64,000 nt of DNA, taken from assembly GCA_963745025.1 (NCBI GenBank), contig CAVUWD010000016.1:512001-576000 (forward strand), written 5' to 3'. A program made the translations under genes and the position numbers. Within the stretch, counting starts at the first letter, position 1. Each line of letters starts with the position of its first letter. Positions 13,166 through 22,832 of the stretch are shown here, in pieces. Below the pieces are notes generated by a model that worked only from the letters and a program-made list of their open reading frames with translations, did not search any database and had not been told where the DNA came from. This DNA comes from an uncultured delta proteobacterium (GTDB lineage: Bacteria; Desulfobacterota; Binatia; JACPRU01).

Positions 13166-14167
13166 TCAGGCAACGAGCGGCTTCGGATTCGAGGTGTCGA
13201 CACCCAAGGATTTCAGCAGTCGGTCCTTGATCCGTACCGCCGTCTTCTCCATCGCCACACCCCCTTCGTCAACGCGGATTCGGCCTCCCGCAATCATGTC
13301 GTGCCCACCTGCGGATTTTGCCCCGAGTACCTTCTGCAACAGGTCCCCCGCATTCATCTCGCGATTGGTCGTGCGCAGGGAGACGTGCAACCACTTGTTG
13401 TTGTAGAAGCCCATCGCTGCCGCCCACTCGATACCGTCGAGCCGAAGCAGAAAGTCCGCAACCTCCGCAACCATGTCGGGGTACTGCACGTCGTGGAGCA
13501 CTGAGATGACGATCTTGTCGTAGACCTTGGCCTCCTCGATGGCGTCTCGAAAGCCCTTGAAATACTCCATGGGAACGCGGGCATTCTCGATCTTCGCCAA
13601 CCGCCGCTTGTTCGTGTGCGGGTACAGGAATTGGCAGGCGGCCACGTCTGCGGCCGTCGCTTCGCGCCCTAGGTCCTGTGTCTCGGCGGTGATGCCGTAG
13701 AAGAGCGCGGTGGCGATCTTCCCCTCGATCGGGGCGCGCGATTCGCGGAGATACTCGGCGAGGATCGTCGACGTCGCCCCGTAGTCGGTTCGTAGGTCGG
13801 AAAACGACACGCCGCGATAGTCAGAATACGCTGGGTGATGATCGATGACGATCGTCGGTATCATGCCTTCGGGTAACGAATTGTTCGCGCGGCCCGGTTG
13901 GGTATCGACTAGCGCGACGATCGTTTCCGGCCCGAACGCGATCGACGAGACGCCGACGAGATTGATGTTGAGATAGGTCAACATCGCGCGGTTCTCGGCT
14001 CTGCCGACGATTCCGCCGAGAGCGATCGACGCCTCGCGCTTGGCGAGCTGTCGGAAGAGATACGCGAGCGTCGCCGCGCTTGCCAGAGCATCCGGGTCGG
14101 GATTGTCGTGTGGCAAGATTACGATCGGTGCCGGTCGTGCGATTGCCTGCAGCAGCGCCGGCAGCAT
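13166..14167 (-). CDS. DHH/DHHA1 family phosphoesterase (NrnA-like)
   Basis: HDNPDPDALAS, LVDT, IDHH, GATSTI, AGGHDMIAGG; alternative start 14194; TAGACA-N17-GATAAT promoter upstream. Confidence 0.88.
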   Translation of the reverse strand: MLPALLQAIARPAPIVILPHDNPDPDALASAATLAYLFRQLAKREASIALGGIVGRAENRAMLTYLNINLVGVSSIAFGPETIVALVDTQPGRANNSLPEGMIPTIVIDHHPAYSDYRGVSFSDLRTDYGATSTILAEYLRESRAPIEGKIATALFYGITAETQDLGREATAADVAACQFLYPHTNKRRLAKIENARVPMEYFKGFRDAIEEAKVYDKIVISVLHDVQYPDMVAEVADFLLRLDGIEWAAAMGFYNNKWLHVSLRTTNREMNAGDLLQKVLGAKSAGGHDMIAGGRIRVDEGGVAMEKTAVRIKDRLLKSLGVDTSNPKPLVA

Positions 14168-14282
14168 CGCTCGATTGTTTCCCGCTTGCCCCATGTGAGG
14201 AGAGTTCGGACCGCGGATTATCGCAGCGGCTGAAGAGCTTGTCTACGCTACACGGAAGGCTCGGCTCGGGATCGTTGTACCG

Positions 14283-15773
14283 GTGAGCCGATCTGCTACC
14301 CTCCCTGCCCACATGCCTGGAACCCCCGAGCCACGCCGCTTTTTCCTCGAGCGCTACGGCTTAACCGAAGGGGAACTCGAGCACGTGCTCGGACATGCCA
14401 TCGGCCGTCGCGCCGATCACGCCGACCTCTACTTCGAGTTCACCACGAGCGAAAGCCTGCAAATGGAGGAATCGCTGGTGAAGAAGGCGACTCGCAGCGT
14501 GTCGCAAGGAGTCGGTGTCCGGGTGGTCGCCGAGGATCGAACCGGCTATGCCTATTCCGACGAGCTGACGCTCGAGCGGCTGCGCATCGCGGCGACGACG
14601 GCCCGAGCGATCGCCGCCGACAGCGGCGTCCATACACCCGCCGCGGTCGCGACGGCGTGTCCCCGCCACGAGCTCTACCGACTCGAACATCCGCCGATCG
14701 AGACGGATCTTCGCGAGAGGATCGAGTTGCTGAACGCGATCGACGTCGAAGCGCGACGCTTCGACGCACGCATTCGCAACGTTCTCGCCACGCTATCGTG
14801 CGAGCAAAAGCTGGTGTTCCTCATGACGGCTGACGGTATCATTACGAGTGACGTGCAGCCGCTCGTGCGCCTGCAGGTCACCGCGATCGCGGACGACGGA
14901 TCCACGCGCCAGCAGGGAAGCTTCGGCGGCGGGGGCCGGACCGGCTTCGAGTTTCTCACCCAGCTCGATCCGCGATGGAGCCTGCCGCGATTCGTTCGGT
15001 TCACTCGCGAGGCGGCTCGGCAAGCGATCGTCAACCTCGACGCCATCGATGCCCCCGCCGGCAGCCTGATCGTAGTGTTGGCCCCGGGCTGGCCCGGCAT
15101 CCTGCTTCACGAGGCGGTGGGACACGGCCTCGAGGCGGACTTCAACCGCAAGGGCGTGTCGGCGTTCAGCGGCCGTCTGAACGAGCGTGTCGCATCCGAG
15201 CTCTGCACGGTCGTGGATGACGGGACGATCCCGAATCGTCGCGGCTCCCTCAACTTCGACGACGAGGGCACACCGACCTCGCGGACGGTCTTGATCGAGA
15301 ACGGCATCCTGCGAGGCTACTTGCAGGACCGGATGAACGCTCGCCTTCTCGGCATGCCGCTCACCGGCAATGGCCGTCGCGAGAGCTTCGCCCACATTCC
15401 GATGCCCCGTATGACGAACACGTTTCTCCTGGCCGGAGACGATGCTCCCGAGGACATCGTTCGCTCGGTCGATCGAGGTCTTTACGCCGCGTACTTCGGC
15501 GGCGGGCAGGTGGACATCACGAGCGGCAAGTTCGTCTTCTCCGCTGCGGAGGCATATCTCATCGAAGGCGGACGAGTGACGCGACCCGTGAAGGGAGCGA
15601 CATTGATCGGTAGCGGGCCCGAGGTGCTCAAGCGAGTCACGCGGGTCGGCAGCGATCTGCGGCTCGATGAAGGCATCGGCACGTGTGGAAAGGACGGCCA
15701 GCAGGTTCCCGTCGGCGTCGGCTTGCCTACCCTTCGCATCGACGGCCTGACCGTCGGAGGGACCCGCGCCTGA
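14283..15773 (+). CDS. tldD: Metalloprotease TldD
   Basis: GWPGILLHEAVGHGLEADFNRKG, PRMTNT, GTCGKDGQ; start GTG 14283 or ATG 14313. Confidence 0.95.
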   Translation: MSRSATLPAHMPGTPEPRRFFLERYGLTEGELEHVLGHAIGRRADHADLYFEFTTSESLQMEESLVKKATRSVSQGVGVRVVAEDRTGYAYSDELTLERLRIAATTARAIAADSGVHTPAAVATACPRHELYRLEHPPIETDLRERIELLNAIDVEARRFDARIRNVLATLSCEQKLVFLMTADGIITSDVQPLVRLQVTAIADDGSTRQQGSFGGGGRTGFEFLTQLDPRWSLPRFVRFTREAARQAIVNLDAIDAPAGSLIVVLAPGWPGILLHEAVGHGLEADFNRKGVSAFSGRLNERVASELCTVVDDGTIPNRRGSLNFDDEGTPTSRTVLIENGILRGYLQDRMNARLLGMPLTGNGRRESFAHIPMPRMTNTFLLAGDDAPEDIVRSVDRGLYAAYFGGGQVDITSGKFVFSAAEAYLIEGGRVTRPVKGATLIGSGPEVLKRVTRVGSDLRLDEGIGTCGKDGQQVPVGVGLPTLRIDGLTVGGTRA

Positions 15774-15774
15774 T

Positions 15775-17121
15775 ATGGATCTCGACGAGGCGGTCGACCT
15801 GACCTTACGGCGGGCGCGTAACCTCGACGGGCTCGAGGCCGAGGTAGTGGCGGTCGAGGGTGACCGTCTCGACGTCGGCGTACGCCTCGGCAAAACCGAG
15901 AAGCTGAAGCGATCGCGCGAGCGGCGGCTCGCGCTGCGTCTCTTCGCCGGCCAATCGAGCGCGGTAACGTCGACAGCGGATCTCAGCGCGGCATCCCTCG
16001 CAGCGCTCGTCGACGATTGCGTCGGCCTCGCGCGGGCGACGACCCCGGACCCCTTCAGCGGTCTTCCCGACTTGGACGGAGAGCCTCCCCTGCCCCTCGA
16101 CCTCGATCTGCTCGATCTCACCGCCGAGAGCTTCACCGCCGAGCAAGCCATCGCGATTGCGCGAGATGCAGAGGAAGCCGCGCTCGCCTTCGACCCTCGT
16201 CTCAGCAACTCCGAGGGTGCCGAGTTCTCCGCGGGGGCGCGGCGGCTGGTCTACGCAACGTCTCGCGGCTTCCAGGGCGAGCAACGCTCCTCATCCTTCT
16301 CGCTCACGGTCGTGCCCGTCGCCGTGGCCGGCGCCGCGATGCAGCGCGACTACTGGTATACCGCTGGCCGCAAGCGTGCCCACCTGGACGATCCTCGCGA
16401 GGTAGGCCGCAAGGCCGCCGGTCGGACGCTCCGACGACTAGGTGCGAGGTCGGTTGCGACTTGCGCGGTGCCGGTCGTCTTCGATCCGGAGACGGCAGCG
16501 TCACTCGTCGGCCATCTCGCATCGGCGGTCTCCGGTTCGGCCGTCTACCGCGGCATGTCCTTTCTCCGCGACCGGCTCGGAACGGTCATCGGTTCCGAAA
16601 TGCTGCGCATCGTCGACGATCCGCTGCGTGTGGGAGGACTCGCCTCGCGGCGGTTCGACGCCGAAGGGCTCACCAGTCGGAGAAACGTCGTCGTGGACGG
16701 CGGCGTCTTGAAGACGTTTCTCCTCGACACGTACTCCTCGCGGAAGCTCGGGCAGCGCTCGACCGCCAGCGCCGTGCGTTCGCTCGGCGAGCCGCCTATG
16801 GCGGGTTCGACCAATCTCTACCTCGAGCCCGGCTCCCATCCGCCTGAAGAGGTCATCGGCTCGGTCGCAAACGGGTTCTACGTGACCGAGCTCATCGGCC
16901 CGGGCGTCAACTCCGTCACCGGCGACTACTCGCGAGGGGCCGCCGGTTTGTGGATCGAAAACGGCAGGCTCACCTTCCCCGTCGAGGAGGTAACGATCGC
17001 CGGGAACCTCCTCGAGATGTTCGCCGGAATCGAAGCCATCGGCAGCGACCTCGCCTTCCGTTCGAGTGTTTCGGCGCCAACCGTCAAGATCGCCAAGATG
17101 ACGGTGGCAGGACAGGGCTGA
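15775..17121 (+). CDS. pmbA: TldE/PmbA protein
   Basis: MQRDYWY, FDAEG, GDYSRGAAGLWIENG, EVTIAGNL; follows tldD. Confidence 0.92.
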   Translation: MDLDEAVDLTLRRARNLDGLEAEVVAVEGDRLDVGVRLGKTEKLKRSRERRLALRLFAGQSSAVTSTADLSAASLAALVDDCVGLARATTPDPFSGLPDLDGEPPLPLDLDLLDLTAESFTAEQAIAIARDAEEAALAFDPRLSNSEGAEFSAGARRLVYATSRGFQGEQRSSSFSLTVVPVAVAGAAMQRDYWYTAGRKRAHLDDPREVGRKAAGRTLRRLGARSVATCAVPVVFDPETAASLVGHLASAVSGSAVYRGMSFLRDRLGTVIGSEMLRIVDDPLRVGGLASRRFDAEGLTSRRNVVVDGGVLKTFLLDTYSSRKLGQRSTASAVRSLGEPPMAGSTNLYLEPGSHPPEEVIGSVANGFYVTELIGPGVNSVTGDYSRGAAGLWIENGRLTFPVEEVTIAGNLLEMFAGIEAIGSDLAFRSSVSAPTVKIAKMTVAGQG

Positions 17122-17127
17122 AAGAGG

Positions 17128-18168
17128 CTACGGGCTGCGGGCTACGGATCCCGCCCCCTGCCCTACCTCGACGCCGGCTTCCACTTCGAAACCCATCTCT
17201 TCGATCATGCGGCGGGCTTCGTCGGGATTCTGGCCCGGCGTGGTCAGATAGCCCTGCACGAAGATTGAGTTCGCCGGGTAGAGTGCGAGCGCCTGCCACT
17301 CCCGGAGGTTCCGCTCGCGCCCGCCGGCGGCACGGATCTCGGCCTTCGGATTCGTGAAGCGAAATAGGCAGAGCGCCTTCAGCGCGCGTATCGGATCGAG
17401 AAAGCTCACCCCCTCGAGCGGCGTGCCGTCGATCGGATGGAGAAAGTTGACGGGCAGCGAGTCGACTTCGAGCTCGCGAAGCGAAAGCGCCAGATCGACG
17501 ACGTCCTCGTCGCCCTCGCCCATGCCGACGATGCCGCCGCAGCAGGTCGAAAGTCCCGCGGCCTTGACGTTCTTCACCGTACGCACGCGGTCCGCGAACG
17601 TGTGCGTCGTGCAGATCTCCGAATGGAAGCGCTCGCTGGTATTCAAGTTGTGGTTGACCCAGCCGACGCCCGACGCTTTCAGCTCGCGCGCCTGCTCCTC
17701 GCTCATCAAGCCGAGGCTCACGCAGATCTCGATGTCGGGAAACTCCTGCTTGATGCGACGCGCCGCACCGGCGAGGCGACCGATGTCGGGCTCACTCGGG
17801 CCGCGGCCACTCGTCACCATGCAGTAGCGTCGCGCGCCGCTCGCTGCGGCGTGGCGCGCGCCTTCGACCAACGCTTGCTCCGAGAGCAGACGGTAGCGCG
17901 GAATCTCGGCGGTGGAGACCGAGGACTGCGAGCAATAGTGGCAGTCTTCCGGACAAAGACCGCTTCGCGCGTTCTGGAGGATGCAAACCTTCACGCGCCG
18001 CCCGAAGCTCGCCTCGCGAATCCGGAATGCCTGCCAGAGCAGCGTCCGCAAATCCTCGTCCGGCGTCCGCAGCAGCGACAGCGCGGTCTCCCGCGACAAC
18101 TGCTCGCCGCAAAGCGAGGCGTCGGCCACGCTCGAGAGCGACGATTCCCGCTGCCCAACCTCGTTCAT
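17128..18168 (-). CDS. bioB: Biotin synthase (radical SAM)
   Basis: NARSGLCPEDCHYCSQS, NHNLNTS, CCGGIVGMGE, GYLTT; start MNEVGQ. Confidence 0.93.
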   Translation of the reverse strand: MNEVGQRESSLSSVADASLCGEQLSRETALSLLRTPDEDLRTLLWQAFRIREASFGRRVKVCILQNARSGLCPEDCHYCSQSSVSTAEIPRYRLLSEQALVEGARHAAASGARRYCMVTSGRGPSEPDIGRLAGAARRIKQEFPDIEICVSLGLMSEEQARELKASGVGWVNHNLNTSERFHSEICTTHTFADRVRTVKNVKAAGLSTCCGGIVGMGEGDEDVVDLALSLRELEVDSLPVNFLHPIDGTPLEGVSFLDPIRALKALCLFRFTNPKAEIRAAGGRERNLREWQALALYPANSIFVQGYLTTPGQNPDEARRMIEEMGFEVEAGVEVGQGAGSVARSP

Positions 18169-18236
18169 CCGTGCATGCTCCGCCTTCGATGTCGCGCGGT
18201 AAGCTATCAGACAGGCGTTACCGATCAAGCGCCGCC

Positions 18237-18280
18237 TTGACTGACCTCTCGACGTGGCTAGTATGTGTACGATGGACACA
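18237..18280 (+). promoter_or_regulatory. nadA promoter with NrtR-type operator
   Basis: TTGACT-N16-TAGTAT followed by the palindrome TGTGT-ACGATGG-ACACA (GT-N7-AC core) overlapping ATG 18272. Confidence 0.7.
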
Positions 18281-19279
18281 ACCGCTGCGGAACCGACGGT
18301 GGCAAGCGACCTTTGGACCCAGCTCCAACGGCTCGGCGACGAAGGATACGACCGCGCTCGGTGCGCCGAGATCGCCGCTCTAGCCGCCGAGATCCGCGAG
18401 CTCAAGGGGATGCGAAACGCCGTCGTGCTGGCTCACAACTACCAGCGCCCCGAGATCTTCGAGGTCGCCGACTTCATCGGTGATAGCCTCGAGCTCGCGC
18501 GCAAGGCCGCGACGGTGGATGCCGATGTGATCGTCTTTTGCGGCGTCCATTTCATGGCGGAGACGGCCAAGATCCTGAACCCGCAAAAGACGGTGTTGCT
18601 TCCAAACCTCGCCGCGGGCTGCAGCCTCGCCGACTCGATCACGGGCGACGCTCTCGCGGAGCGCCGCGAGGAGCTCCGCAGGCTCTATCCCGATCTCGCC
18701 GTCGTCTCCTACGTCAACACCACGGCCGAGGTGAAAGCGGAGTCCGACGTTTGCTGCACGTCGTCGAACGCGGTGAGGATCGTCGAGGCGCTGCCGAATC
18801 AGAACATTCTGTTCACGCCCGACGAGAATCTGGCTGCGTACGTACAATCGCAGACCAAGAAGAACATCGTCGCCTGGAACGGCAACTGTTACGTCCACCA
18901 CCAGATCCGGCCCGAGCACATTCAGCGAGTCCGCGAAGCGATGCCGCACGTGCAGGTGATCGCGCACCCGGAGTGCCGAGCAGACGTCCTGGCGCTCGCG
19001 GATGCCGTGCTCTCCACCAGCGGGATGATCGACTATGCGAAGAAGAGCGAGGCCCACGAGTTCCTGATCGTCACCGAGTGTGGCCTCTCCGATCGGCTGC
19101 TCCTCGAGCTGCCCGAGAAGAAGTTCTACAAGGCCTGCAAGCTCTGCCAGTACATGAAGATGATCACCCTCGAGGAGACCGCCGAGGCGCTGCGAAGCCT
19201 GCGCCACCCGATTCTCATCGAGGAAGACGTCCGCGCGCGCGCCGAACGAGCCATCCGTCGCATGCTCGAGCTCGGATGA
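18272..19279 (+). CDS. nadA: Quinolinate synthase
   Basis: VLAHNYQRPEI, FCGVHFMAETAKILNP, AGCSLA, CYVH, AHPEC, CQYMK. Confidence 0.95.
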   Translation: MDTTAAEPTVASDLWTQLQRLGDEGYDRARCAEIAALAAEIRELKGMRNAVVLAHNYQRPEIFEVADFIGDSLELARKAATVDADVIVFCGVHFMAETAKILNPQKTVLLPNLAAGCSLADSITGDALAERREELRRLYPDLAVVSYVNTTAEVKAESDVCCTSSNAVRIVEALPNQNILFTPDENLAAYVQSQTKKNIVAWNGNCYVHHQIRPEHIQRVREAMPHVQVIAHPECRADVLALADAVLSTSGMIDYAKKSEAHEFLIVTECGLSDRLLLELPEKKFYKACKLCQYMKMITLEETAEALRSLRHPILIEEDVRARAERAIRRMLELG

Positions 19280-19968
19280 GCCGAGCGAGGATGCGGCAGC
19301 GCCACCCCTGGGCAGCCGTTGACGTCGTGATCTTCCGCGTCGAAGGGCGGGCCCTCGAGGCGTTGCTCGTGAAGATCAAACACGGACCATTTCGCGGTCG
19401 ATGGGCCTTCCCCGGCGGGCTCGTGGTGCTCGGCGAGACCCTCGACGAGGCGGCGCGGCGGGAGCTTTTCGAAAAGACACCCATCCGCGACGTTTACCTC
19501 GAGCAGCTCTTCACGTTCGGCGATCCCGATCGCAATCCCGCCAGGCATGTCGTCTCGACGGCCTACTTCGCTCTTCTGCCCGCGTCGGCCGCCGCGCCGC
19601 GCGCAGGTACGAAATACGCCGAAGCCGGCTGGTTCGACGTCAAGCGTCTGCCCGTGCTCGCATACGACCACAACCGGGTCGCGGCAGTGGCCCTGGAGCG
19701 CTTACGAGCGAAGATTGCCTACACGAACGTCGCGTACGGGCTGCTTTCTCGCGCATTCACGCTCGGTGAGCTGCAGCGTGTCTACGAGGTGATTCGCGGG
19801 CGACCGCTCGACCGACGGAACTTTCGAAGGAAGATCCTGGAGACCGGGTTGGTCAAGCCGCTCCACCGCTATCGCCGCGGGGCGCATCGCCCCGCCGCCT
19901 TGTACGCGTTTCGTGAGCGGCGGCTTGCAGCCGCTCGGCGGACCTTCCGATGGTCCGATCTCGGTTAG
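19276..19968 (+). CDS. nrtR: NrtR-family regulator (Nudix + winged helix)
   Basis: AVDVVIF, WAFPGG...AARREL, YLEQLFTFG, LAYDH, FTLGELQRVYE, RRNFRRKIL, RPAALY; ATGA overlap with nadA. Confidence 0.88.
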   Translation: MSRARMRQRHPWAAVDVVIFRVEGRALEALLVKIKHGPFRGRWAFPGGLVVLGETLDEAARRELFEKTPIRDVYLEQLFTFGDPDRNPARHVVSTAYFALLPASAAAPRAGTKYAEAGWFDVKRLPVLAYDHNRVAAVALERLRAKIAYTNVAYGLLSRAFTLGELQRVYEVIRGRPLDRRNFRRKILETGLVKPLHRYRRGAHRPAALYAFRERRLAAARRTFRWSDLG

Positions 19969-20078
19969 CCACTGACAGACCGCTGCGAAACCTGCCACCT
20001 TCGCTACCCCGTAATCACACCTCTGGGAGAAATCCGGGAATCCCATGCGCGGTGTGCGCGGCGAACGCGCTCTCATTC

Positions 20079-22832
20079 TCAGAAGATGTTGCCGATAGTG
20101 AAGTCAACCTCACCGATGGATTCGCCGCGACCCCGGTCGATCTTGAAGCCATAGTCGAGGCCGATCGAGCCGATCGGCGTCTGGTAGCGGAGCCCGGGGC
20201 CGACGCCGACGCGGAAGTGGTCGTTCGAAGCCGCATCACCGTGAAGGAGGTAGAGCCCGCCGCCGTCGACGAACACGGCTCCGCCTAGGCCCAGGAAGAG
20301 CGGGAAGCGGAGCTCGGTGTTGGCGTTCACGAGCAGGTCGCCGCCGGTAGGATTCCCGTCACTGCCACGAGGCCCGATGCTGTTCTCTTTGTAGCCACGC
20401 ACGCTGGTTCGCCCGCCGAGGAAGAAGCGCTCGCCGAGATTGATCGTGTGGGTGAACCCGATCGGTTCCGCGAATCCGAATCGCCCGCCGTAGATCCACA
20501 AAAACTTCTCCCCCAGCGGAACGTACTGCGAATGCTGGCCGATGACCTTGAAGAAGTGGACCTGCGAGCCGAATGCAGGCGAGCCGTAGCGGAGTCGTAG
20601 CGACTCGAAGACGCCCCGCTTCGGGGCGAAGGCGTCGTCGCGGCCGTCGTAGAGGAGGATCGGGTCGAGGGTCACCGTCCGCAGTCGTCCGACGTCCTGG
20701 CCGGTGAGCACCGCATCGGGAGCCACGTCGTAGATGTCGCTGTCCTCGAATTCGTGCATGAGACTACCCCGAAGGCCGGGAAGGAACTCGCGCTCGAAAC
20801 CGGCGGCGACGCTGAACTTGCGGATCGAGAACTCGTCGATCGAGCGCTCGCTCTGCAGGCCGGCGACGTTCGCCTTGAGATCGTAGGGGCTGCCGCGAAA
20901 GTGCGGCTGCTTCCCTTCCAGCGATACGATGTACTCGTCCGGCACGAAATTGCTCGAGTCGAGATTGACGTCGCCACGGAGCGAAACCTGGTCCCCCGTT
21001 CCCCACAGGTTCTTGTGGCTGACCTGCATGAAGTTGCGGAGACCGGCTTGGGAGTCGTAGCCGAAGCCGTACAGAAACTCACCGCCCGGCCGCTCTCCGA
21101 CCTCCACCGCCACGTCGCGGACCGTGCCGCTCTGCCCGAGCGGACGAACGACGACGCTGCGAAACAGGCCGAGGCGGTAGATGTCGGTCTGGGCGGCCGC
21201 CAACTTCGCGGGATCGAGTGGGTCACCCGGTGCGAAGGGCAGCGTACGACGGACCACCGAATCATGGGTGTAGTAGTTTCCCTGGACGAGAATGCGGCCG
21301 ATGCGAACCTGCTCTCCCGGCTCGATCCGGTACTGCACCTCGACGACGTCTTCATCGCCTCGCACGCCGGCGGGAGTGACGTTGGACGTTACCTTGGCGT
21401 CTACGAATCCGCTTACGGCGAGGCGGGTCCGAAGCGCTCGCCGATCGGTTTCGAGCGCGTCGGGCCGAAATGGCTTTCCGGCTTCGAGCGTCAGATCCAC
21501 GTGCCGCTTGCCGAGTGCCGCCTCGCCGCCGGCCACATCGACCGAACCGACCCGCGTTTGCCGGCCCTCGGAGATCGTAATCGTCACCGTGACCCAGCGA
21601 TGGTCCGCCGAGAACTCGGTCTGGACGTCCGTCGCCTCCGTCTGCAGGTATCCGAGGTTCCGATAGCGCTTGCGGATTTGCTCGACGTCGTCGGCGAGAA
21701 CGTCGCGACGAAAAACGCCGCCGACCGCACCGGGAAAGCGCAGCCACGATTTTCTTTGCGTATGCATCTCCCGCAGGAGCTCGTGATCGGAAAGCGCATG
21801 ATTCCCGCGAAAGAGGATCTCTCGCACGTAGACGCGCTCCCCCTCGCGGACTTCGAACTGGACGCGCCGAGGATCATCCCCGAACGTTTCGACCCGAATC
21901 TCGGCAAAGTCGAATCCATTCTCCCGGTAGTACTCCTGCATGCGCAGCGCCATGAGTTGCCACGTCCCGCTGGTGACGATCGGACGGTTGGCGAGATCGG
22001 TCAGCGCCAGAAGCTCCGCCGTCGAGATCGAGTGGTTGCCGGTGACCTCGATCACAAACTGCGGGCCGAGGTGGATCTGATAGTGGAGCGAGCAGAGCGA
22101 TTCGCTGGTCGATTCGGAGGCCGCCACCTCGGCCTCGTAGAAGCCCCGGCCGCGCAGAAAGCGGAGGAGCGCCTTGCGGCTGGTGGACACGATGTCGGTG
22201 GCGGCGACGTCTCCCGGTTGCAGCGAGAGCGCAAGACGCGCTTCCCCGTCGAGATCGGAGGGGAGCCCGTCGAGCACGATCTCGCCCACTCTCACGGCCG
22301 TGCCTTCTTCCACTCGCACGGTCACACCAATCTGTCCGGGACGCACGACCCGCTGATCGATCTCGACCTTCGTCTGCCGGTAGCCACGTTCCGCGTAGAG
22401 GTCGGCGACGCGCCTCTTGGCCGCCTCGATCTTGTCCGAGGAGAGTGGCTCGTCTTCGCGGATGCGCGCGCTCCGCAGCAGCGTCTCTTCGTCCACGGCG
22501 TTCTCGCCCGAGGCTCCGACGGCGACCACGAACGGCAGCGGCTCGAGGTGGAACGTTACGTCTGCCCTGCCGTCATGGGCAGTGGCATCGACCTCCACGG
22601 ACGCGAATATCTTCTTCGCTCGGAGCCACCGAACGCTCTCGTCGAGGGCCTCGCGGGAGAGCGGCTGCCCCGCCTGCAGCGGCAGCTCTCGCAGATAGTC
22701 GCTGCGATCGATGTTGCCGGGTGCTACGAAGTCGATGGCGCCGACGATCGACCCGAGCGCTTCCGGCGCCACTTCGGCCTTGGCCAGACTCGCCACCAGC
22801 AGGGCTACGACCCAGCATTTCGTGAGCCTCAC
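20079..22832 (-). CDS. Omp85/BamA-TamA family outer-membrane protein with multiple POTRA domains
   Basis: Signal peptide, repeated POTRA-like GN motifs, ERFFLGGRTSVRGY, GLRYQTPIG, C-terminal Phe. Confidence 0.9.
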   Translation of the reverse strand: MRLTKCWVVALLVASLAKAEVAPEALGSIVGAIDFVAPGNIDRSDYLRELPLQAGQPLSREALDESVRWLRAKKIFASVEVDATAHDGRADVTFHLEPLPFVVAVGASGENAVDEETLLRSARIREDEPLSSDKIEAAKRRVADLYAERGYRQTKVEIDQRVVRPGQIGVTVRVEEGTAVRVGEIVLDGLPSDLDGEARLALSLQPGDVAATDIVSTSRKALLRFLRGRGFYEAEVAASESTSESLCSLHYQIHLGPQFVIEVTGNHSISTAELLALTDLANRPIVTSGTWQLMALRMQEYYRENGFDFAEIRVETFGDDPRRVQFEVREGERVYVREILFRGNHALSDHELLREMHTQRKSWLRFPGAVGGVFRRDVLADDVEQIRKRYRNLGYLQTEATDVQTEFSADHRWVTVTITISEGRQTRVGSVDVAGGEAALGKRHVDLTLEAGKPFRPDALETDRRALRTRLAVSGFVDAKVTSNVTPAGVRGDEDVVEVQYRIEPGEQVRIGRILVQGNYYTHDSVVRRTLPFAPGDPLDPAKLAAAQTDIYRLGLFRSVVVRPLGQSGTVRDVAVEVGERPGGEFLYGFGYDSQAGLRNFMQVSHKNLWGTGDQVSLRGDVNLDSSNFVPDEYIVSLEGKQPHFRGSPYDLKANVAGLQSERSIDEFSIRKFSVAAGFEREFLPGLRGSLMHEFEDSDIYDVAPDAVLTGQDVGRLRTVTLDPILLYDGRDDAFAPKRGVFESLRLRYGSPAFGSQVHFFKVIGQHSQYVPLGEKFLWIYGGRFGFAEPIGFTHTINLGERFFLGGRTSVRGYKENSIGPRGSDGNPTGGDLLVNANTELRFPLFLGLGGAVFVDGGGLYLLHGDAASNDHFRVGVGPGLRYQTPIGSIGLDYGFKIDRGRGESIGEVDFTIGNIF

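Noticed and set aside
14283-17121. TldD/E as part of a RiPP biosynthetic cluster
   Set aside because: No precursor peptide, YcaO or transporter nearby; tldDE is commonly a housekeeping pair
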